NCBI GenBank assembly: GCA_964016885.1
Contig: OZ024743.1
Coordinates: 62,930,001 to 62,994,000 of the forward strand
Length of the DNA stretch: 64,000 nucleotides
Direction of reading: 5' to 3'
From: Eledone cirrhosa
Taxonomy: Eukaryota
Part shown: one piece after another, positions 14,001-27,365 of the stretch
Layout: each line of letters starts with the position of its first letter
Numbering within the stretch: position 1 is the stretch's first letter
Position numbers and translations under genes: made by a program
Notes under the pieces: generated by a model
Databases searched by the model: none
What the model was told of the DNA's origin: nothing
What the model saw: only the letters and a program-made list of their open reading frames with translations

Positions 14001-17000
14001 GGTAATAGTCACACATTGTTGGTACTGGAGTACTGGGATGGTGGGATATAGTCACACATTGTTGGTATTGGAGTACTGGGATGGTGGGATATAGTCACAC
14101 ATTGTTGGTACTGGAGTAGTGGGATGGTGGGATATAGTCACACATTGTTGGTATTGGAGTACTGGGATGGTGGCATATAGTCACATATTGTTGGTACTGG
14201 AGTACTGGGATGGTGGGATATAGTCACATATTGTTGGTACTGGAGTACTGGGATGGTGGGATATAGTCACATATTGTTGGTACTGGAGTAGTGGGATGGT
14301 GGGATATAGTCACACATTGTTGGTACTGGAGTACTGGGATGGTGGGATATAGTCACACATTGTTGGTATTGGAGTACTGGGATGGTGGGATATAGTCACA
14401 CATTGTTGGTAGTGGAATACTGGGATGGTGGGATATAGTCACATATTGTTGGTACTGGGATACTGGGATGGTGGGATATAGTCACACATTGTTGGTACTG
14501 GAGTACTGGGATGGTGGGATATAGTCACATATTGTTGGTACTGGAGTAGTGGGATGGTGGGATATAGTCAAACATTGTTGGTACTGGAGTACTGGGATGG
14601 TGGGATATAGTCACACATTGTTGGTACTGGAGTACTGGGATGGTGGCATATAGTCACATATTGTTGGTACTGGAGTACTGGGATGGTGGGATATAGTCAC
14701 ATATTGTTGGTACTGGGATACTGGGATGGTGGGATATAGTCACATATTGTTGGTACTGGAATACTGGGATGGTGGGATATAGTCACACATTGTTGGTATT
14801 GGAGTACTGGGATGGTGGGATATAGTCACACATTGTTGGTAGTGGAATACTGGGATGGTGGGATATAGTCACACATTGTTGGTACTGGAATACTGGGATG
14901 GTGGGATATAGTCACACATTGTTGGTACTGGGATACTGGGATGGTGGGATATAGTCACATATTGTTGGTACTGGAATACTGGGATGGTGGGATATAGTCA
15001 CACATTGTTGGTATTGGAGTACTGGGATGGTGGGATATAGTCACACATTGTTGGTAGTGGAATACTGGGATGGTGGGATATAGTCACACATTGTTGGTAC
15101 TGGAATACTGGGATGGTGGGATATAGTCACACATTGTTGGTACTGGGATACTGGGATGGTGGGATATAGTCACATATTGTTGGTACTGGAATACTGGGAT
15201 GGTGGGATATAGTCACACATTGTTGGTATTGGAGTACTGGGATGGTGGGATATAGTCACACATTGTTGGTAGTGAAATACTGGGATGGTGGGATATAGTC
15301 ACACATTGTTGGTACTGGAATACTGGGATGGTGGGATATAGTCACACATTGTTGGTACTGGGATACTGGGATGGTGGGATATAGTCATACATTGTTGGTA
15401 GTGGAATACTGGGATGGTGGGATGGTGGGATATAGTCACATATTGTTGGTACTGGGATGGTGGGATGGTGGGATATAGTCACATATTGTTGGTAGTGGAA
15501 TACTGGGATGGTGGGATATAGTCACATATTGTTGGTACTGGGATGGTGGGATGGTGGGATATAGTCACACATTGTTGGTAGTGGAATACTGGGATGGTGG
15601 GATATAGTCACATTGTTGGTAGTGGGATACTGGGATGGTGGGATATAGTCACACATTGTTGGTACTGGAGTACTGGGATGGTGGGATATAGTCACACATT
15701 GTTGGTACTGGAGTACTGGGATGGTGGGGTATAGTCACATGTTGTTGGTACTGGAGTACTGGGAAGGTGGGATATAGTCACATGTTGTTGGTACTGGAGT
15801 ACTGGGATGGTGGGATATAGTCACACATTGTTGGTACTGGAGTACTGGGATGGTGGGATATAGTCACATATTGTTGGTAGTGGAATACTGGGATGGTGGG
15901 ATATAGTCACATATTGTTGGTAGTGGAATACTGGGATGGTGGGATATAGTCACACATTGTTGGTAGTGGAATACTGGGATGGTGGGATATAGTCACATAT
16001 TGTTGGTAGTGGAATACTGGGATGGTGGGATATAGTCACACATTGTTGGTATTGGAGTACTGGGATGGTGGGATATAGTCACACATTGTTGGTAGTGGAA
16101 TACTGGGATGGTGGGATATAGTCACATATTGTTGGTAGTGGAATACTGGGATGGTGGGATATAGTCACACATTGTTGGTACTGGAGTACTGGGATGGTGG
16201 GATATAGTCACACATTGTTGGTACTGGAGTACTGGGATGGTGGGATATAGTCACATATTTTTGGTACTGGGATGGTGGGATGGTGGGATATAGTCACATA
16301 TTGTTGGTACTGGGATACTGGGATGGTGGGATATAGTCACATATTGTTGGTATTGGAGTACTGGGATGGTGGGATATAGTCACACATTGTTGGTAGTGGG
16401 GTACTGGGATGGTGGGATATAGTCACATGTTGTTGGTACTGGAGTACTGGGATGGTGGGATATAGTCACATATTGTTGGTACTGGAGTACTGGGATGGTG
16501 GGATATAGTCACATATTGTTGGTACTGGAGTACTGGGATGGTGGGATATAGTCACATATTGTTGGTACTGGAATACTGGGATGGTGGGATATAGTCACAT
16601 ATTGTTGGTACTGGAGTACTGGGATGGTGGGATATAGTAACATATTGTTGGTACTGGAGTACTGGGATGGTGGGATATAGTCACATATTGTTGGTACTGG
16701 AGTACTGGGATGGTGGGATATAGTCACATATTGTTGGTACTGGAGTACTGGGATGGTGGGATATAGTCACATTGTTGGTAGTGGGATACTGGGATGGTGG
16801 GATATAGTCACATATTGTTGGTAGTGGGATACTGGGATGGTGGGATATAGTCACACATTGTTGGTATTGGAGTACTGGGATGGTGGGATATAGTCACATA
16901 TTGTTGGTACTGGGATACTGGGATGGTGGGATATAGTCACACATTGTTGGTACTGGGATACTGGGATGGTGGGATATAGTCACATATTGTTGGTACTGGA

Positions 17001-19171
17001 GTACTGGGATGGTGGGATATAGTCACACATTGTTGGTACTGGGATACTGGGATGGTGGGATATAGTCACATGTTGTTGGTACTGGAATACTGGGATGGTG
17101 GGATATAGTCACACATTGTTGGTACTGGGATACTGGGATGGTGGGATATAGTCACATGTTGTTGGTACTGGAGTACTGGGATGGTGGGATATAGTCACAT
17201 ATTTTTGGTACTGGGATGGTGGGATGGTGGGATATAGTCACATATGGTTGGTACTGGGTACTGGGATGGTGGGGTATAGTCACATATTGTTGGTATTGGA
17301 GTACTGGGATGGTGGGATATAGTCACATATTGTTGGTACTGTGATACTGGTATGGTGGGATATAGTCACACATTGTTGGTACTGGGATACTGGGATGGTG
17401 GGATATAGTCACATTGTTGGTAGTGGGATACTGGGATGGCGGGATATAGTCACATTGTCGGTACTGGGATACTGGGATGGTGGGATATAGTCACACATTG
17501 TTGGTAGTGGGATACTGGGATGGTGGGATATAGTCACATTGTTGGTACTGGGATACTGGGATGGTGGGATATAGTCACACATTGTTGGTAGTGGGATACT
17601 GGGATGGTGGGATATAGTCACACATTGTTGGTACTGGAGTAGTGGGATGGTGGGATATAGTCACATATGGTTGGTACTGGAGTACTGGGATGGTGGGATA
17701 TAGTCACATATTGTTGGTACTGGAGTACTGGGATGGTGGGATATAGTCACATATGGTTGGTACTGGAGTACTGGGATGGTGGGATATAGTCACATATTGT
17801 TGGTACTGGAGTACTGGGATGGTGGGATATAGTCACATATGGTTGGTACTGGAGTACTGGGATGGTGAGATATAGTCACATATTGTTGGTACTGGAATAC
17901 TGGGATGGTGGGATATAGTCACATATTGTTGGTACTGGAGTACTGGGATGGTGGGATATAGTCACATATTGTTGGTACTGGAGTACTGGGATGGTGGGAT
18001 ATAGTCACATATGGTTGGTACTGGAGTACTGGGATGGTGGGATATAGTCACATATTGTTGGTACTGGAATACTGGGATGGTGGGATATAGTCACATATTG
18101 TTGGTACTGGGATACTGGGATGGTGGGATATAGTCACACATTGTTGGTAGTGGAATACTGGGATGGTGGGATATAGTCACATATTGTTGGTACTGGGATA
18201 CTGGGATGGTGGGATATAGTCACACATTGTTGGTACTGGAGTACTGGGATGGTGGGATATAGTCACATATTGTTGGTACTGGAGTACTGGGATGGTGGGA
18301 TATAGTCACATATTGTTGGTAGTGGGATACTGGGATGGTGGGATATAGTCACACATTGTTGGTACTGGAGTAGTGGGATGGTGGGATATAGTCACATATT
18401 GTTGGTACTGGGATACTGGGATGGTGGGATATAGTCACATATTGTTGGTACTGTGATACTGGGATGGTGGGATATAGTCACATATTGTTGGTACTGGGAT
18501 GGTGGGATATAGTCACATATTGTTGGTAGTGGAATACTGGGATGGTGGGATATAGTCACATATTGTTGGTACTGGGATACTGGGATGGTGGGATATAGTC
18601 ACATATTGTTGGTACTGGGATACTGGGATTGTGGGATATAGTCACATATTGTTGGTACTGGGATGGTGGGATATAGTCACATATTGTTGGTAGTGGAATA
18701 CTGGGATGGTGGGATATAGTCACACATTGTTGGTAGTGGGATACTGGGATGGTGGGATATAGTCACATATTGTTGGTACTGGGATACTGGGATGGTGGGA
18801 TATAGTCACACATTGTTGGTACTGGGATACTGGGATGGTGGGATATAGTCACATTGTTGGTAGTGGGATACTGGGATGGTGGGATATAGTCACATATTGT
18901 TGGTATGGGATGGTGGGATGGTGAGATATAGTCACACATTGTTGGTACAGGTATGGTGAGATATAGTCACACATTGTTGGTACTGGGATGGTGAGATATA
19001 GTCACACAGTGTTGGTACTGGGATGGTGGGATGGTGAGATATAGTCACATATTGTTGGTACTGGGATGGTGAGATATAGTCACACAGTGTTGGTACTGGG
19101 ATGGTGAGATATAGTCACACATTGTTGGTACTGGGATGGTGAGATATAGTCACACAGTGTTGGTACTGGGA
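5056..19171. repeat. Tandem minisatellite/satellite array, 43-bp unit (~320 units)
   Basis: Consensus TGGGATGGTGGGATATAGTCACA(T/C)ATTGTTGGTA(C/G)TGG(GA/AG/AA)TAC; period 43 (e.g. 5101 to 5144), with 41- and 34-bp deletion variants. Diverged, mostly 34-bp GAGA-type units at the right edge (18900-19171). Confidence 0.98.
13331..13782 (+). mobile_element. Solo LTR (Gypsy-like) inserted in the satellite
   Basis: 452-bp unique block starting TGTAG and ending GCTAAA (probable TG...CA end with C>A). 4-bp TSD GTGG at 13327-13330 and 13783-13786. CCAAT box (~13393) and AATAAA (13670). Confidence 0.75.
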
Positions 19172-20094
19172 CAGAGGATTTGAAGGAATTCGGTATAGTA
19201 AACAGTTAAAATGTATGATGAAGATGGTGATCAGGTCAGTTAGTATATAAATATGTAGTAGTGCTATTGAGCTAGGGCACTGTGGAAGGAGGTGGCGGTT
19301 GAAGAATAGTAGGTAGCCTATTCTAGGTAGAACATTAAAATATTGACTAACCCTCTCCCCTATGATCTAGGTTTTCTGAAATAATAATGCAAACATTGAG
19401 AATATGATGATGATGATCATGATGATAACAAATATACTTAAATTAACACTTTTCATATCAAACCACATGAAACTGCAAACTGTTTGCTTTAAAGTGTTTT
19501 TATTTATCTAAAAAGCCTTCTGCCATAATTTTATGTAAGAACTTTATTAAGTGTTGTATCTATCTGATTTACAGTAGGTACATCATATCCCTGCATGTCG
19601 TAAAAGGTGACTAAAACAACAGCCTAATTATGGTTTCTGATTAAATCAACATTACTGGTGCTTTATTTTAACGACCCTGTAAGGATGAAGGGCAAAGTTA
19701 ATTATATAATGGTTTCTGATTTAGGCACAAGGACAACAATTTTAGGGGGAGGGGAAAATCGATTAAATTGACCCTAGTGCATTACTGGTGCTTTATTTTA
19801 TCGGCCCTGTAAGGATGAAAGGCAAAGGTAATCTCAACAGTTTAATAATGGGAATGTTAGTTATATTACTAAATGTCTCCAAGTTCTTGATAATTTTCAA
19901 GATTATTTGAAAACCATGGGTAGTGTCTTTTATTAGAAATATGTAATAAAAGAATTAATCAGTCTTATTTCTTGTTTTTTTCTTCTGACAAATGAGGGAA
20001 CCTCTTATGTGATCAGTCAACTTACTAGAAATAATAGCTAAACTATCCCTCAAATCACATGTTAGAATTTGAAGAAAGGAAAGACACACTAGAC

Positions 20095-20450
20095 AAGCAT
20101 GGTTGTGTGGTTAAGGAGTTCGCTTTGCCTTCACATGGTTTTGGGCTCACTCCCACTGCATGGTACTTTGGGCAAGTGTCTTCTACTATAACCTTGGATT
20201 GATCAATGTTTTTTGAGTGGAATTGGGTGGACAGAAATGACAAAAGCCCGTCTAGGAGAGCTGTCACACCGAATAAAACCTCTCTAATACTGTGGCACAA
20301 TATAATGCACCCAGTCCACTATATAAAGTGGTTGGTGATAAGGAAAGGCATACAGCTGAAAAATCCAGCTAAATTATGAAAAGCACCACTCACAACACAC
20401 AGTCCAACTCATGCAAGCATGGAAAAGCTAACATAAAAGAATGATGATAG
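20095..20450 (+). mobile_element. Old tRNA-derived SINE with RTE-type 3' tail
   Basis: Degenerate A-box head (GCATGGTTGTGTGGTTAAG), TTGGGCAAGTGTCTTCTACTATA body, CACCCAGTCCACT...GTGGTTGG and CATGCAAGCATGGAA...GATGAT tail. Confidence 0.65.
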
Positions 20451-20469
20451 AGATGATATATATCACCAT

Positions 20470-20650
20470 TTGGATTGGCAGTATCGGTAGAGGGTCGGAC
20501 GCCATGCTTTGCAGCACAGTTACGTCCCTTTACGGACTGAGTTCAAATCCCGCCGAGGTTAACTTTGCCTTTCCTCCTTACGGGGTCGATAAAATAAAGT
20601 ACCAGTAATACACTAGGATAATTGCTGGCCTTGTGCCAAAAAGTAGAAGC
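20470..20650 (+). mobile_element. tRNA-derived SINE, (ATT)n-tailed family
   Basis: A box TGGCAGTATCGG, B box GAGTTCAAATCC, central CTTTGCCTTTC.TCCTTACGGGGTCGATAAAATAAAGTACCAG. Many copies in the window. Confidence 0.85.
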
Positions 20651-21894
20651 AATTATTTAGTGTCATTACTTAACTGGGGTTACTGTCCTGATAGGCCAGG
20701 TGCTAACATCTTTCTTACCTATGTCCAGATTTTGGCATAGTTTTTACAGTTGGATACCCTCCTGTCACAAACTGTTTTTGAGTATAGAGGGTGCATTTTA
20801 TCATAGCATCTGCACTATACAAACACACACACACATATGTATACATGTATATTTATATATGTGTGTGTGTAGGTGTCTGTGTTTATGTCCCATTACTTAG
20901 CATTTCAATAAAACGTGATTGATATGATTGACTAAATCCCTTTAGAGTGGTGCCCCAGCCTAATGACCCGATGACTGAAAACAATACAAGGACAAAAATA
21001 TATTTGAAAATAAAAATTAAGATAGTTGAAACACTTTTGATGATAGATCTACCCAATCAAGGTTTGACATGGGAATACATGACAACAGCAGCAACCGGCA
21101 CCAGAATGTTACAACATACTGCATGAGCGTATAAAGCAGTAAACAATAGATTTTAGTTTGTTTTTAGTATAGCCAGAAATGGTTACAGTTTCTACAATGG
21201 CATGGCTGTGTAGTTACCAACCTGGATAAAACCAGCTCTGTTTCTAGGAAATAAAACCACCCATTTTAAAGGTTTCCAATTTAAATTAAAATCTTCCAAC
21301 ATAATTTTATATAAGAACTTTACATTAATTTACTATCTTAGTAATGAAATAAATGATAATTTTAGTAAATCCCTCAAAATTCTTCATTAATTAATATAGA
21401 GTGTATTTCATTAGAAATGCAGTCATGAAAGGGTTAAGGAGTTTGCTTTGCAACCATTTTCAGATTCAGTCATACTGCATGGTACCTTGGGCATGTGCTT
21501 TCTACTATGGCCCCAGATTGATCAATGCTTTATGAGTGAAATTTAGTAGAGAAACTTTATGGAAGCCGGTTGTGATGTGTGTGAGTGTGTGTGTATGTGT
21601 GTATATTCAATTATAGAAACTGTACCAAAGTGGAATGTATGAGTAAGATGTGGTCATCTGACCTGTCGAGTCTCAGAGCATGGCAACCCGCCCAACTTAT
21701 GACAGCATTGAAAATAAACGTAAAACAGTGTGATGATGATGATGTCATAATTTAACATCCAGTCATTCATGCTGGCATGGGTTAGTCTCTCTCACTCTCT
21801 CTCTCATATATATATATAAGCAAAGAGATATTTAATTTGTTGGTTATTCAACAAACAGATTCGTCGAAGCACTCTACAGGTTTTCTGGAGTATA

Positions 21895-22240
21895 ATATCA
21901 ATGATATTAATAAATGGAAACTATATTTATAAAACCATATTTATTTTATTATATATATTTCAAGGGTACCAAAATTTTGGTACGCTCTCAACAGAAAAAA
22001 TACAAAATTTGTTTTATAAATGGTGACATACCCAAGAAACCAGACCTTATCGGTTCAAGTTGGATCCAAACTGAACCTGAACCGATAAGGTCTGGTTTCT
22101 TGGGTATGTCACCATTTATAAAACAAATTTTATATTTTATCTGATGAGAGCGTACCAAAATTTTGGCACCTTTGAAATATATATAATAAAATAAATATGG
22201 TTTTATAAATATAGTTTCCATTTATTAATATCATTGATAT
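21895..22240. mobile_element. Fold-back inverted repeat, Penelope-like element end with hammerhead motif
   Basis: Near-identical ~163-bp arms (21895-22057 / 22078-22240), each containing a hammerhead-like core. Partial direct re-duplication at 22250-22279. Confidence 0.75.
22133..22193 (+). ncRNA. Minimal type-I hammerhead ribozyme (imperfect stem II)
   Basis: TATTTTAT-CTGATGA-GAGCGTACCAAAATTTTGGCACCTTT-GAAA-TATATA-TA-ATAAAATA: 8-bp stem I, conserved core, palindromic stem III, AUA site. Confidence 0.6.
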
Positions 22241-22479
22241 ATATATATATATAGTTTCCATTTATTAATATCATTGATAGAGAGAGAGAGAGAGAGAGAG
22301 ATAGAGAGAGAGAGAGGGAGAGAGAGAGAGAGGGAGAGAGGGAGAGCGAGAGAGCACTCTATGCAAAGAACAGAGCTAAAATATTATGGTTAATTTCTTC
22401 AACACATAAAAGTTGCTACCTTCGGTTTCAAACATTGCATGTATGCTAGATTGTGTGTGTGTATATATATATATATATA

Positions 22480-22806
22480 CACCCCAATCCACTACCCCTA
22501 CCCTATCCTCCCACTCCCACCAACAGCACGAGAAAATGAGATCGAGATCGTGTAGGTGTCACGACAAAAAACACACACAGTCCACGCTGTAATGTGGCCG
22601 TGTAGCTAACATGGTAAAAAGTTCCCAGTTCCACACTGTAAATGTGGTTGGTGTTAGGAAGGGCATCCAGCTGTAGAAAACCTGCCAGATAGTCCTATAT
22701 GAGCGAGACACGGTCACCCGACCAGCCTTGTCTCAAGTGGGACAACTCCCGTCTAACCCATGCTAGCGTGGAAAATGGACGTTAAACAAAGATGATGATG
22801 ATGATG

Positions 22807-22808
<2 letters not shown>
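22480..22808 (+). mobile_element. RTE-family 3' UTR copy
   Basis: Homologous to 1440-1791; (GAT)n tail. Confidence 0.85.
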
Positions 22809-22837
<29 letters not shown>

Positions 22838-23072
22838 TATATGTTATATGAGTATGTGTGTCCACCTCTGTTTATAATGCATAAACTAACGATTTGACAA
22901 ATAGAAACCGATAAAATATGTACCAGACTTGAAAAAAAAGCACACAGGTAGTCGATATGATTGACTAAATCCTTTCAAAGCAGTGCCCCAGCATGGCCAC
23001 AACCCAATGAGAGAAACCATAAGAAGAGTAACAACAAGAACAAGAACTGCAGAACAACCCCAACAACTCTTG

Positions 23073-23539
23073 TTAACTCTTTCACCATATTTCTTATGAA
23101 AACACTAACCATAATTTTCAAATAATTTTGAAAATAATGAAGAATTTGAAGGAATTTCTCAATTAATAACTAACTTTCTCATCATGAACCCTTTCCTGAC
23201 TGCTTTTCTAATGAAATACACTTTATTTTAATTAATTAATGAAAAATTTTGAGGGATTTACTAAAATTATTAATTATTTCATAAAAGGTTCTTATATAAA
23301 ATTATGTTTGAAGATTTAAATTTAAATTGGAAACCTTTAAAACGGGTGGTTTTATTTAATAGAACCAGAAACGGTTTTGGTCGGGTTGGTAACTAAAGGG
23401 TTGAGCTGGTGTTTGGAAAATAAAGATTTCTAACATAAAATTATAGTTGAAGGTTTAAAATAAACAGATGAACATAATTGAATCAGAGATGGGTGGTGGG
23501 GTGGGTGGGAGTTAGGAGATTTGGTATCAAAAGAGTTAA
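23073..23539. mobile_element. Nested piggyBac-like MITEs
   Basis: Outer ends TTAACTCTTT...AAAGAGTTAA; inner element AACCCTTT (~23187)...AAAGGGTT (~23402). Related copies at ~21210-21436 and ~44980-45544. Confidence 0.55.
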
Positions 23540-24555
23540 TTAAATTGAGTTAAGCTCTTCCTCACCAATATCATCACCACATTTTCTCTATCTTTTGACA
23601 GTCCAATATAGTTAGAACTAAATGATGGCCTCAGATTCTCAAGAACACACACACGCACACACACACAGCCTGTGGAACAAAAACAAATCCAAATATATGC
23701 TGAGTCACTTACTCATTCACACACACTCATACACACACATATATATAGGTGCAGACAGAGAGACAAACATATGCTCAGATAGACACAAACATGCAGACAG
23801 ACGAACGCACACACACGTGCAGACAGATAGATAGACATATAGACTGACAGACACACAGTGGAACAAAAAAAAAAAATCAAAATCATAATCTGAGTCACAT
23901 ACACACACATACATGCATATGCACACACACACACACACACACACGAACATGCATGCATACACACACACAGACTGGAACAAAAAATGAACACAAAACAATC
24001 TGAGTCACACACACAGGTGCAGACACACACACACACACTCAATCATGCTCACATATACAGTAGAACAAAAATAGTTAACACAAAACAATCTGAGTCACAC
24101 ACACACACACACAGAGGTGCAATCAGACAGACAGACACACACACGTGTGCACAGACAGACACAAGCACACATATACAGACAGCCAGACAAATGCATACAT
24201 ATACAGACAGACAGACACATGCACACATATACAGAGAGGCAGACACATGCACACATATACAGAGAGGCAGACACATGCACACATATACAGAGAGGCAGAC
24301 ACATGCACACATATACAGAGAGACAGACACATACACATATATACACAGACAGACAGACATGCCCATACACACAGACAAACTGACACATGTACACATACAT
24401 AGACAGACAGACATGCCCATACACACAGACAAACTGACACATGTACACATACATAGACAGACAGACACATGTACACATACAGACAGATATACATATATAT
24501 ATATACACAGATATAATCCCATCACTTACACTCAACACAATAAGAAGTCACTCAC

Positions 24556-24573
24556 CTTTGTATTGGGATCCAT
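24556..24573 (-). CDS. Possible first coding exon (MDPNTK) of a minus-strand gene
   Basis: AGCATGG Kozak context followed 18 nt later by a consensus donor AAG|GTGAGT. No downstream exons identified. Confidence 0.3.
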
Positions 24574-25003
24574 GCTTATAGCTGGGATTTCTAGTGAGTA
24601 TGTGTATGAAAGTGTGTGTGTATATGTGAGTGTGTTGTGTCAGAAAAGAGCCGGTGTATGTGTGTATATATATATATATACATGTGTGTGTAGGTAGGTA
24701 TAGGTGTGTATGTGCACACAGCCGAGAGATGTAGTCAGATGTAGTGTGTGTAAGTGTGGAGAGAGATGTTGAAAAATCTGAATGGCAAAACTATCAACAA
24801 CTACTACTCACCACTGCCACAACAGCAACTACTACTATTACTACTCCTCACCACTGCCACAACAGCAACTACTATGACTACTACAGAAATACAAGAGGTC
24901 CCCTATGAACAAGAACCACTACTACTGTTACTACTATTACTACAACAATAAATACAAATTAAAGAAAGCCCAGTGTGAAGAGTTAACTAATAATCGTTGT
25001 TGG

Positions 25004-25733
25004 TGGTGTTGGTATTGTAGTTGTTATTGGTGGTAGTGTTGGTATTGTAGTTGTTATTGGTGGTGGTGTTGGTATTGTAGTTGTTATTGGTGGTGGTGTT
25101 GGTATTGTAGTTGTTATTGGTGGTGGTGTTGGTATTGTAGTTGGTATTGTAGTTGTTATTGGTGGTGGTGTTGGTATTGTAGTTGTTATTGGTGGTGGTG
25201 TTGGTATTGTAGTTGTTATTGGTGGTGGTGTTGGTATTGTAGTTGGTATTGTAGTTGTTATTGGTGGTAGTGTTGGTATTGTAGTTGTTATTGGTGGTGG
25301 TGTTGGTATTGTAGTTGTTATTGGTGGTGGTGTTGGTATTGTAGTTGTTATTGGTGGTGGTGTTGGTATTGTAGTTGGTATTGTAGTTGTTATTGGTGGT
25401 AGTGTTGGTATTGTAGTTGTTATTGGTGGTGGTGTTGGTATTGTAGTTGGTATTGTAGTTGTTATTGGTGGTAGTGTTGGTATTGTAGTTGTTATTGGTG
25501 GTGGTGTTGGTATTGTAGTTGTTATTGGTGGTGGTGTTGGTATTGTAGTTGTTATTGGTGGTGGTGTTGGTATTGTAGTTGGTATTGTAGTTGTTATTGG
25601 TGGTGGTGTTGGTATTGTAGTTGTTATTGGTGGTGGTGTTGGTATTGTAGTTGTTATTGGTGGTGGTGTTGGTATTGTAGTTGTTATTGTAGTTGTTATT
25701 GGTGGTGGTGTTGGTATTGTAGTTGTTATTGGT
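25004..25733. repeat. 30-bp minisatellite GGTGGTGGTGTTGGTATTGTAGTTGTTATT with 12-bp sub-duplications
   Basis: Period 30 directly visible; followed by a degenerate (GGT/GTT)n tract to ~26360. Confidence 0.92.
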
Positions 25734-27326
25734 GTTAATGTGGATGTTGTTGGTGGTGGTACTGTTGGTGTTGGGGCTGGTGGTGTTGGTGGTGGTGTTA
25801 GTGTGGATGTTGTTGTTGGTGGTGGGGCTAGTTTTGGTGTTGTTGGTGGTGTTAATGTGGATGTTGTTGGTGGTGGTACTGTTGTTGTTGGTGTTGGGGC
25901 TGGTGTTGGTGTTAGTGTGGGTGTTGTTGTTGGTGGTGGTGGTGTTAGTGTGGGTGTTGTTGGTGGTGGGGCTAGTTTTGGTGTTGGTGGTGTTAATGTG
26001 GATGTTGTTGGTGGTGGTACTGTTGTTGTTGGTGTTATTGTTAGTGTAGGTATTGTTGTTGGGGCTAGTGTTGGTGTTGTTGGTGGTGGTGTTAGTGTGG
26101 ATGATGTTGTTGCTGGTGGTGCTGTTGTTGGTGTTAGTGTGGATGTTGTTGTTGTTGCTGGTGGTGCTGCTGTTGGTGTTAGTGGTACTGTTGTTGGTGG
26201 TATTGTTGTTGGTGCTGTTGGTGGTGTTGTTGCTGGTGGTGGTGGTGGTACTGTTGGTGTTGTTGGTGGTGGTACTGTTGGTGTTGTTGCTGGTGCTGTT
26301 GTTGGTGGTGGTACTGTTAGTGGTGGTACTGCTGGTGCTGTTGTTGGTGGTGGTGCTGTAATTGTATCCTAAATGGTTGTTTAATCTTTATTAATGTTGC
26401 TGATGGTGTTGTTAATATTGTAGATGGAGCTGCTGTTGGTGTTGTTTACTTTGTGGTGTAGTTGATGTAGCCGATGCAGCTGCAGTAATATTTGCACAAT
26501 TGCACCGCAATAAAATATACAATGTATAATATAGCTAAAATCCAACTAGCAAAGAAATTGTGGGCATTCTATTTTTCGGATCATCAAGGAGATGGAATTG
26601 GTCCGGTTCTCTTCCATTTCAAGCATGCAGTGTGTAAGTAATGGTGCTGTACACTGTACATATGTATGTATGAATTGCATGTGGTTGAGTGAGGTGTGGT
26701 GTGGTGTGGGTCATTACAGATAGCACTGATGATTACAGGGAGGGGGAGGGAGGGAGGAAGCGTGGGAGATATGAACAAAGAGGAGGAAGCGGAAGAAATA
26801 TGTGAAGATGTAGGAAGAGTGAAAGTAAGAGGGAGAGCAAGAGAGGGAGAGCAAGAGAGGAAGAATGAGAGACGGAGGTGAAATTTAGATAAGGAAGGAG
26901 GAAGCAGTGATAAATAGAAGGGATTAGGGTGAAAGAGGAGGAGAGGGCAGAGGAGAGGAGGGAAGGAGAGGAGGAAATGAAAGAAAAATGATAGATCTAC
27001 AGTAGTATGATGGAGAAGGAAGAGGAGATAAACAAAGAGGAGGAAGCAGAAGAGTGAAAAGAGAGAGAGAGAGAGAGAGTGGAGAGAAAGCGGAGAAAGA
27101 GAGAGTGGAGAGAAAGCGGAGAAAGAGAGAGAGAGAGAGGTGGGTGGAATAAAATGAGGAAGGAAGGAGACAGATGTGGGGAAGACAGATAGACGATGAA
27201 AGTAAAATTGACAGGAAGAGGTATTAGATTAAAAAAAAAATTTATATATATATATATAATATATATATATACAAATAAAAGGCAGAGTTAATAACTCATA
27301 CTGATACCCGATTTACTGTGTTTATT

Positions 27327-27365
<39 letters not shown>

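Noticed and set aside
5056-19171. CRISPR-like array, or coding repeat (MTISHHPS.../MVGYSH... ORFs)
   Set aside because: No unique spacers and no cas genes. The 43-bp unit is not a multiple of 3, and the ORFs arise only where deletion variants skip stops.
25723-26372. Val/Gly/Leu-rich plus-strand ORFs resembling membrane proteins
   Set aside because: Degenerate (GGT/GTT)n tract, open in several frames by composition. Similar tracts at 30270-30490 and 38900-39170.
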